DNA of 53,937 nucleotides from a virus (Duplodnaviria; Caudoviricetes): the IMG/VR virus record IMGVR_UViG_3300032325_000820, positions 1 to 53,937 of that record; one strand, 5' to 3'. The translations under genes and the position numbers were made by a program. Of this stretch, positions 47,102 to 53,937 are shown one piece after another. The first letter of the stretch is position 1. Each line of letters begins with the position of its first letter. The notes under the pieces are model-generated. The model had not been told where the DNA came from. It worked only from the letters and a program-made list of their open reading frames with translations, and ran no database searches.

Positions 47102-48223
47102 ATGGCTTATGGCGTAAATTCACCTTTTGGTTTAGTACCTTACGGTCATTTAATCAGCGGTGTTGATAATATAAAAACAAATAGTAATTATAAAATAAAT
47201 GCTAATAGTTATAGTTTAAATAAAGGAGACCCGGTTGTATATGCTCCCTCAAGTGGCACATATAGTTACGCTCAATCTGCTGCCGAGATTATGTTATATA
47301 ATCCTACTCCGGTTTTTGCAGCAGCATGGGCGGCCGGTACTCCTCTTAACGTAACAACTATTACGCATAACTCTGCGGCTCCCGGCGCAGCTGCCGTAGC
47401 TACTCCAAAACCGGCTATTCTTGGGGTGTTTCAGGGATGTGCTTATTACGCTCCTGACGGTACTTATATTGAACAAGAATACTGGGTAGCAGGAACACAA
47501 GTAAAAGCCGGAACTTATCCAACAGCTACAATCATTGATGATCCTTTTGTTATCTGGGATATACAACTTAGTTGCTACAGCGGAGCTTTAACGGCGGCAA
47601 ACACTACATTTGCTTTATTACCGTGTTTGCAAGTGCAAGATGGTACTTGGCCTGATACGGGAAATGCAAGTAATGCTCCGACCATAGGAAACAGCGCCGT
47701 TATCGGTAGCGGTATTGAATTAATAACCGGAAGTGCTATAGGCGCGACTAATAACAGTGCTTCATCAATGGCTACTATTACATTAAACGGAGCTGTGGCA
47801 GGTTATGCTAATAATCCACTTATTGCTAACTACGGCACAGCAAACGGTAATCCGTGGGGAGTATCTACTTTTTATGCTTGTCCGTCTTTAGCCGTCATTG
47901 CCCGTGCTAATGCCGCAACTACTGCTGCGGACATAAGCGGTGCGAACGAATATAATAGAAATCCTTATGTAGCATTAAACGTGGCTGCTCCGGCTAACTA
48001 TACGCAGAACACTTATGCGAGTTCTACTTTAGGAACAGGATTCGGTGCTACTCTTAAAGTACTTGGTTTTACGCCAAATGCTAAGAATGTACCGGGCACT
48101 TACGGTCAACCGGGTAATGCTAGAGCCGGCACTTATTACAATACTCCGTTCTTAAACGTACTTGTAACTATTAATAATCACGCAAAACTTCCAGGATTAA
48201 TGCCTGTGACTGTTACTGCCTAA
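47102..48223 (+). CDS. Capsid decoration/minor capsid protein
   Basis: N.PFGL.P; GD.V; GVFQGC.Y; DDP...Q motifs; Ala-rich insertions; immediately before MCP. Confidence 0.6.
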   Translation: MAYGVNSPFGLVPYGHLISGVDNIKTNSNYKINANSYSLNKGDPVVYAPSSGTYSYAQSAAEIMLYNPTPVFAAAWAAGTPLNVTTITHNSAAPGAAAVATPKPAILGVFQGCAYYAPDGTYIEQEYWVAGTQVKAGTYPTATIIDDPFVIWDIQLSCYSGALTAANTTFALLPCLQVQDGTWPDTGNASNAPTIGNSAVIGSGIELITGSAIGATNNSASSMATITLNGAVAGYANNPLIANYGTANGNPWGVSTFYACPSLAVIARANAATTAADISGANEYNRNPYVALNVAAPANYTQNTYASSTLGTGFGATLKVLGFTPNAKNVPGTYGQPGNARAGTYYNTPFLNVLVTINNHAKLPGLMPVTVTA

Positions 48224-48244
48224 AATATAATGAGGTAATATAAA

Positions 48245-49159
48245 ATGGCTATTAATACTCAATCGATTTATAATCTACTCCGCCCCGGATTAAAGGCGGT
48301 TATAGGTTTATATGAAGATTATCCTGATTTATGGAAGGAAATGTTTGAAACTTATCCTTCTGAGCGTGCCTTTGAATTTGAAGACGAAATCAGAGCGCTC
48401 GCTCCTGCCGTTGAAAAACTTGAAGGGTCATCCATAGCTCAAGATACAATGACAGTTAAATACCAAACGATGTATAAGCATAAAACTTACGGTACTTCGT
48501 TTAGTATAACCGATGAGGCTATGAATGATAACCTGTATAAAAATCTGTTTCCAAAACAGGCTAAGGCACTTGCTCAAGCTCTTAGGGAAACAAAAAATCA
48601 GATTGCTGCTAATATTTTAAATCTCGGTAATGTTATTACTACTGCAGACGGCTATCCTTTGTTTTCTGCTCATCCAATAGATGGGGGTGCTACTTCCAGT
48701 AATACGACTAACGTTGCTTTAAGTGAAATCGGTATTCAAAATGCCGTAACTGCGATTTCTCAGCTCAAGCAAATAAGCGGTACTTATGCGCAGGTTAAAT
48801 CAAAGAAATTGGTAACCGGTTCTAGCAATTGGATGGTAGCAGGTATTCTAATTGGCAGCCAATTTAGAACCTCTGTCGGTAGTGCTAACAACAATGCTTA
48901 TGCCGGTGTTAACGATCTTAACATGATAAATCATGATAGCGTTTTCCCGCAAGGTTATATTATCAATCCTTTTATTACTTCTCCGACGGCATCGTACATT
49001 ATTACTGATGCAGAAAGAGGACTTATTCACTATGAACGTGAAAAAATCAAGGATTGGTCTTGGATGGATAATACTACCAGGAGCATATGGTTTGCAGCGC
49101 AAGAAAGATATTGTTTCGGCGTATCTAACTGGCGTGGTGTATTCCAAATCGGTCAATAG
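48245..49159 (+). CDS. Major capsid protein
   Basis: L.PGL....G; S.RAFE; K.EG; IT.EA..DNLY; DG..LFS.HP; ERY.FG.S.WRG. Confidence 0.88.
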   Translation: MAINTQSIYNLLRPGLKAVIGLYEDYPDLWKEMFETYPSERAFEFEDEIRALAPAVEKLEGSSIAQDTMTVKYQTMYKHKTYGTSFSITDEAMNDNLYKNLFPKQAKALAQALRETKNQIAANILNLGNVITTADGYPLFSAHPIDGGATSSNTTNVALSEIGIQNAVTAISQLKQISGTYAQVKSKKLVTGSSNWMVAGILIGSQFRTSVGSANNNAYAGVNDLNMINHDSVFPQGYIINPFITSPTASYIITDAERGLIHYEREKIKDWSWMDNTTRSIWFAAQERYCFGVSNWRGVFQIGQ

Positions 49160-49176
49160 TTAATAAAAGGTAAGTT

Positions 49177-49290
49177 ATGGCAGTTCACAGTAGAGGCTTA
49201 GCTAACATTCTTCTAAAAAACGCTCCTAAAAAGGGCGTTAAGAAGGATAGTTCTAAGGAAATAAAAAAATCTGATAATAAAAAGAAATAA
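49177..49290 (+). CDS. Small Lys-rich ORF, 37 aa
   Basis: MAVHSRGLANILLKNAPKKG...KKK*; stop abuts the next ATG. Confidence 0.5.
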   Translation: MAVHSRGLANILLKNAPKKGVKKDSSKEIKKSDNKKK

Positions 49291-50031
49291 ATGAGTATTT
49301 TTAGACAAGCAGTAAATATTCCGACAGTAGCAAGCAGCACTGCTAATATCGGTACGTATAACGGTTTAATCCCGCCTACGCCGGGCAATTCGATTAATTT
49401 GACTTTAAACGGATCACTTGTAGGAATCAACGGGCAAGTCTCGTTTATTAGTAATGGCTATGCTTCAGGTTTAAGTTTTACTAGCGGATTAAACGTAAGT
49501 GCATCTACTTTTACAATAGTGGGTACTTATAATGGATTAATTATTCAAGAAAGTTTAGCAGGACCTAATAATAACACTGTTTATACTAATAATTTGTTTC
49601 ACACTATTATTAGCATCAGTGCTACCGGTGGAGGTGTAGCAAATGCTTTTACCATAGGATCAAATTATAATATTGCCGTGGTACTACCTGACGGTAATAG
49701 CAAAGCCGGACTTACCCATCCTAATTATACTTATAGTGTATTATTAAATTCTCTTACGGCAGCAGGCCAGTGGGCAGCAGGGAATGCTATAATATACGGA
49801 GTTTCCAATATTGCTCCGGTATCGCTGCAGGCATCTAATCTTACTTACGCAAACAGACCTAGTAATTATTTTTCATTACCGGTTACAGGGGCAGCATTGG
49901 CAGCTATTACCCAAGTGCAATTACAAAATGGTCTTATTGTCCAAACTACTTACCATTATGCTGCCGTAATTGTTTATCTAGCAGCTGGGATAAATACCAC
50001 TCCCGTTTATATTGAAATTTCGCAGGGTTAA
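49291..50031 (+). CDS. Virion structural protein
   Basis: FTI.GT..G....E.LAGPN motif; beta-rich. Confidence 0.6.
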   Translation: MSIFRQAVNIPTVASSTANIGTYNGLIPPTPGNSINLTLNGSLVGINGQVSFISNGYASGLSFTSGLNVSASTFTIVGTYNGLIIQESLAGPNNNTVYTNNLFHTIISISATGGGVANAFTIGSNYNIAVVLPDGNSKAGLTHPNYTYSVLLNSLTAAGQWAAGNAIIYGVSNIAPVSLQASNLTYANRPSNYFSLPVTGAALAAITQVQLQNGLIVQTTYHYAAVIVYLAAGINTTPVYIEISQG

Positions 50032-50033
50032 TT

Positions 50034-50222
50034 ATGGATAAGAATTGGATAGAAAAAGCGACTAAGAATAAAGGTGCGTTACATAAAGCTCTAGGTGTAG
50101 CTAGTGATAAAAAGATACCTGAGAAGAAACTTGATAAAGCTCTTCATTCTAAAAACATGAAAATAAGAAAAGAAGCAAGCTTGGACAAAACTTTAAGGAG
50201 TTTTAGAACTAGAGGCAAATAA
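50034..50222 (+). CDS. Small basic phage protein
   Basis: NWI..A.K.KGALH..LGV....KIP..KL.KA motif. Confidence 0.7.
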   Translation: MDKNWIEKATKNKGALHKALGVASDKKIPEKKLDKALHSKNMKIRKEASLDKTLRSFRTRGK

Positions 50223-51322
50223 TGGCTAAAGTTTCGGGTACTTATAATTTTCAGTCGCTTGCGAATGATGATCTGATTCTTGATTGTTTTGAGCGAATTG
50301 GCTTCGCCGGTGATCAATTAGTACCCGTTCAAATGCAATCTGCACAAAGAAGTCTTAATTTTTTACTTTTAGATTGGATTAATAAAAATATTAATTTATG
50401 GACAGTACATAAATTATATTTGTCATTAAATACGGGGCAGGGCAGTTATACTTTAGATACAAGTATTACAGATGTACTTGAAGTATTACTACGCCAATTT
50501 ACACGTCCATTAAATGGAACACCGCAATCTAATGATGATAACTATGATGGTTTAGGTGGAGGTGATCCAACATTACCTTTTACAGATACGTTAAACGCCG
50601 GTTGTCAACAAGATGTTGTAAATGGAAATATATCGTATGATTATGGGCAAGTTAATGGACAACTAACAAATGTTACACAACAAATAAATTTCATAGGTAT
50701 AAGTTCTAACACTGAAACTTTATACACATTAGTATTTGAAAGTTCAAATGATACTGTTACATGGACAAATTTACTAACTATTCCTACTCAAACGTTTAAA
50801 ACTGATGTTGTAGTTTGGTTTGATATATTAATGCCAGTTTCAGCTAGATATTATAGGGTTAGAGAAACTGGAGGAGCAACTCTAAGTATTCAAAAGTTAT
50901 ATTTTACTAATAATATAACTGATTTAAAAATGAGTCCTGTAAGTCGGGAATCGTATTTGTCTATTCCTCAGAAGTTTCAGCAAGGAAAACCTTCAGTTTA
51001 TTATTTTGATAAATCTTTGACTCCTAAATTAAATATTTGGCTAACCCCAAGTAGTAGTTATCAAGTTCTGCAGTATTCCTTCATACAAACCATGTACGAT
51101 GCAGGTACTTTTTTCAATACTACTTCAGTTCCTGCCAAAATGTATCCTGCTCTAGCTGCCGGTCTTACTTGGATGCTCGCTGTGAAATACAAACCAGAGA
51201 TGGCTGATAGCCTTAAAGCTCAATATGAGGAAACGTTTGATATTGCAACAAGACGGGATAGTGAAAATGTTGATTTGAAAATAGATTACGATGTATCAAC
51301 TTTTTATACGGATGGTGATTGA
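50222..51322 (+). CDS. Head-tail adaptor with inserted discoidin-like beta-sandwich
   Basis: SGT.NF; A.RSLN.L...W.N..INLW; S.D..TW; ARYYRVR; G.P..YY; AGL...LA.K. Confidence 0.7.
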   Translation: MAKVSGTYNFQSLANDDLILDCFERIGFAGDQLVPVQMQSAQRSLNFLLLDWINKNINLWTVHKLYLSLNTGQGSYTLDTSITDVLEVLLRQFTRPLNGTPQSNDDNYDGLGGGDPTLPFTDTLNAGCQQDVVNGNISYDYGQVNGQLTNVTQQINFIGISSNTETLYTLVFESSNDTVTWTNLLTIPTQTFKTDVVVWFDILMPVSARYYRVRETGGATLSIQKLYFTNNITDLKMSPVSRESYLSIPQKFQQGKPSVYYFDKSLTPKLNIWLTPSSSYQVLQYSFIQTMYDAGTFFNTTSVPAKMYPALAAGLTWMLAVKYKPEMADSLKAQYEETFDIATRRDSENVDLKIDYDVSTFYTDGD

Positions 51323-51337
51323 ACATAGGAAATCATT

Positions 51338-51565
51338 ATGAGACTTGAGAAACGTATATATCAGTGTGATCGTAGCGGAGAGATGCACGAGAAATTATAT
51401 AAACAACTTGAATGGGCTGGTGATCAGAAAATATGGACTGGGTTATGGGTTGCAAAAGAATATCTTGATAAACCACAGGAACAATTTAGAGCTCCAATTG
51501 CAAAAGATGATCCAAAACCAGTGCCGAATCCTAGACCTTTTACTTTAAATATGGATGAGGAATAA
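51338..51565 (+). CDS. Small conserved phage protein
   Basis: CDRSG...EW.G..TGL.V.....DKPQ...DP.PV.NPRP. Confidence 0.7.
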   Translation: MRLEKRIYQCDRSGEMHEKLYKQLEWAGDQKIWTGLWVAKEYLDKPQEQFRAPIAKDDPKPVPNPRPFTLNMDEE

Positions 51566-51635
51566 AAGGGATATTTTAACTCGTTTTACTTGAATTATTT
51601 TTATCAACACTACCTATGTTTTTAGGGAGATAATC

Positions 51636-52670
51636 ATGGATATAAATACAATTAGAGTATTATCTCTTGATGGAGGAGGGGTTAGAGGGGTAATAACTTC
51701 TACTTTACTTGATCTTTTCTGTAATCAAGCAGGCATACCAGGTAATCAGATATATAAATATTTTGATATTATCGCCGGTACTTCTATAGGCGGGATTCAG
51801 GCCTTGGCATATGCTAAAGGACTAACACCGTCTTATATTAAGAATATGTTAATAAATAATGCCTCTAGTATTTTTAATTGTACTTATCCGATTCCCGGAG
51901 GAGGGCAGGCGGGTTATGGAACCTGGAGCGGTTATTTAACCGGTATCTATAGTTCTTTATATTCACAAACCCCTTTAGCTAATTTGATTAATAGCAATTT
52001 TGGCACGGATACTATTAGTAGTTATCAAACAAATGTATTAGTGCCGGCTTTTCAGCGTTCAAATGAAGCAGGAACTACCAATGTACCTGTTTATTTTTCG
52101 AATGTCTCAAGTTCAATTGTTCCTTATTTATCCGGTCAAACTGAATTATCGGCAAATGTTGCGCTGGCAACTAGTGCTGCTCCCGTTTATTTTCCGCCTG
52201 CCGTATTTAATGGATGTACTTATGTTGACGGCGGAATTTTTTTAAATAACGCCTCAGCAATGGCTTTATCGGTACAAAGGGCAATAAAACCGACCGTTAA
52301 TCGTTTTTGTGTTCTCTCTATCGGGACGGGACTTGGTAGTATCGGTTATATTCCAGGTGAACCTGCAGCGGATGGATTAATACTTAGAGGAGCAGTTGAT
52401 AATCTTAATACGATAAAAATGGTGATGGACGTTTCTATGAGCGTTCCACCGGAAGGAGTATCGATAGAGCAGCAAATCATAGCTAATTATACCGTCGGTA
52501 ATTCTTATTATTGCAGAATGCAGTATCCGATTGATTTAAGCAGGGAACCGGATAGTTCCTTGGATAATTCCGATCCGGAGTTTATAGAGTATATGCAGGA
52601 TTCGGCTACTGCATATTTTAATAATAACTTAAATAATATTAATAATTTTATAGGGCATTTATTGGTATGA
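51636..52670 (+). CDS. Patatin-like phospholipase
   Basis: LSLDGGGVRG, AGTSIGG (GxSxG), ATSAAP.YF, DGG. Confidence 0.92.
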   Translation: MDINTIRVLSLDGGGVRGVITSTLLDLFCNQAGIPGNQIYKYFDIIAGTSIGGIQALAYAKGLTPSYIKNMLINNASSIFNCTYPIPGGGQAGYGTWSGYLTGIYSSLYSQTPLANLINSNFGTDTISSYQTNVLVPAFQRSNEAGTTNVPVYFSNVSSSIVPYLSGQTELSANVALATSAAPVYFPPAVFNGCTYVDGGIFLNNASAMALSVQRAIKPTVNRFCVLSIGTGLGSIGYIPGEPAADGLILRGAVDNLNTIKMVMDVSMSVPPEGVSIEQQIIANYTVGNSYYCRMQYPIDLSREPDSSLDNSDPEFIEYMQDSATAYFNNNLNNINNFIGHLLV

Positions 52671-53937
52671 GAAATGATGTTTTATATAATTTTATCTCAC
52701 CTATAACAGGACGCCTTCCTCTTACTAATAATTATATTTTAATAGGAGCACCTGATAACTTTTCTATCATGTCGCCAAAGTTAATAGACATGCAGCTTGA
52801 TATTATAAATATCAGGCATTACGTAGATAATATAGCAAACTCCAGTTTTATTATCGGTTTTCCTAATAATGATTTACCTAAAGCCCAAGTTCTAAGTAAT
52901 TTAGATAATGGCTTTTTGTTTAATACGGACGGTATAATTAGTACTCAAGGAGTAGTACCTCTTCCTAGCCTAGCTTATAAAAACATATGGATAGGTGATA
53001 GTAATAATTTAGCAAAACCTCAACCAACCATTACCATTGATAACCTACCAAATTTAGGAACTACAAGCATTAACGTGCCTAATCCTCTTGATCCAACTAA
53101 TCCAATTGTTATTTCAGGAGGTAAAATCTGGCACGGCACAGATTCTAACAGACCGGAAGAATCTAATGCCTTGTTAGTGGTAGAAGGAGATATTGCCTTA
53201 ATTAATTTCAGGTTTTTTAGCGCTAATTTTATTCTTGGAAAAGGTAACAGTGTACTGCAAACATTAATGCCCGGCTCACAATTTCTCTCAAATCTACCGG
53301 CAGGCTCTTGGATGCAAACAAGTGGAGCAGGGACTGGAGCAGTAGTAAGTGCGACTATACCACAAGGAGAAATATTAATGGGCGGTTTAAATAACGTGCC
53401 GGAAGCACGTCAAACTATAGATATTGCAAACCTACCATCCTTAACTGATGGGAGGGTCTGGCAAGGGGACGCAGCAAATAGACCGGTTGAAGTCCAGTTA
53501 AACCTTGCTCCAACCGATGCTACTTACATCATAAAAACTCCGAATGTCAATTTACCTGAGGCACAGGTATTAGAGGAACTAGGGATAGGAATGGCCAAGA
53601 TTGTTGCCGGCGGGGCATTTGCTATTGCTATCGCCGGCGAGGATTACGCTACTGTCGCGCAGTTAGAAGAAATTAGAGATCAATGCCAGCAGTATGCAGA
53701 GCAGGCAGCTACTTCAGCGGAGGAAGCTGCAACCTCAGCAGGCGAGGCGTCAACTTCTGCTGGTGAAGCCACTGCATCGGCGGCAGAGGCTACGGGAGCA
53801 GCAGCGGAAGCAACAGGGGCGGCCGCTGCTGCTAGCGGTTCGGCTACTGCAGCGGGTTTATCGGCAGCAGGAGCTCTTGCTTCAGCCGGTGCAGCAGCGC
53901 TTTCAGCGGGTAGTGCTTCAAGCTCGGCGTCCGATGC
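52667..53937 (+). CDS. Tail fibre protein 1, N-terminal part (continues at 124-418)
   Basis: ATGA overlap with patatin; repeated LP.L...IW.G...N.P modules; stf-like Ala/Ser heptads; no stop before the window end. Confidence 0.8.
   Translation, partial: MRNDVLYNFISPITGRLPLTNNYILIGAPDNFSIMSPKLIDMQLDIINIRHYVDNIANSSFIIGFPNNDLPKAQVLSNLDNGFLFNTDGIISTQGVVPLPSLAYKNIWIGDSNNLAKPQPTITIDNLPNLGTTSINVPNPLDPTNPIVISGGKIWHGTDSNRPEESNALLVVEGDIALINFRFFSANFILGKGNSVLQTLMPGSQFLSNLPAGSWMQTSGAGTGAVVSATIPQGEILMGGLNNVPEARQTIDIANLPSLTDGRVWQGDAANRPVEVQLNLAPTDATYIIKTPNVNLPEAQVLEELGIGMAKIVAGGAFAIAIAGEDYATVAQLEEIRDQCQQYAEQAATSAEEAATSAGEASTSAGEATASAAEATGAAAEATGAAAAASGSATAAGLSAAGALASAGAAALSAGSASSSASD
53815..53937. repeat. 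Terminal direct repeat, copy 2
   Basis: Identical to 1-123. Confidence 0.95.

Larger units (their letters stand above)
1..53937. mobile_element. Complete circular temperate podovirus-like phage-plasmid
   Basis: Circular overlap; head and tail gene set without a tape measure; ParA/RHH, resolvase, Rep, TA systems; no host housekeeping genes. Confidence 0.8.

Noticed and set aside
51636-52670. Patatin as a CBASS CapV effector
   Set aside because: No CD-NTase in the genome; the context is the tail operon.
53815-53937. Terminal repeat as a biological phage DTR
   Set aside because: It falls mid-gene in a low-complexity fibre region; more likely an assembler overlap of a circular contig.

Overview
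The window is a complete circular element of about 53.8 kb: bases 1-123 are identical to 53815-53937, and a tail-fibre ORF reads in frame through the join. It is AT-rich and looks like a temperate podovirus-like phage-plasmid of a Rickettsiaceae-type intracellular alphaproteobacterium; the host is inferred from ProP/HD-SpoT cargo and rickettsial plasmid-type 'DnaA-N' replication proteins. It has four parts. (i) A virion module: TerS/TerL, portal, GroES, scaffold, major capsid, adaptors, patatin, three chained tail-fibre genes and ejection-type proteins, with one block on the opposite strand. (ii) Plasmid maintenance: ParA plus an RHH partner with upstream repeats, a short tyrosine resolvase, a Rep with an apparent counter-transcribed antisense RNA, VapBC, and IetAS (AAA ATPase + S8 protease). 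(iii) Bet/YqaJ recombination, ProQ, a second Rep paralogue with internal 22-bp-spaced iterons, SSB and two methyltransferases. (iv) Host-interaction cargo: an omptin-like OMP, repeat-rich candidate effectors, an HD hydrolase, ProP and a Na+/solute symporter. The most unusual signals are a C5 methyltransferase with a nested +1-frame subunit ending at a lambda-type GGGAAAG slippery site, a tail-fibre motif split at the same residue across two consecutive gene junctions, a ctRNA-like replication-control cassette, and patatin where no lysis cassette is recognisable. All product calls come from motif recognition; no database search was run.
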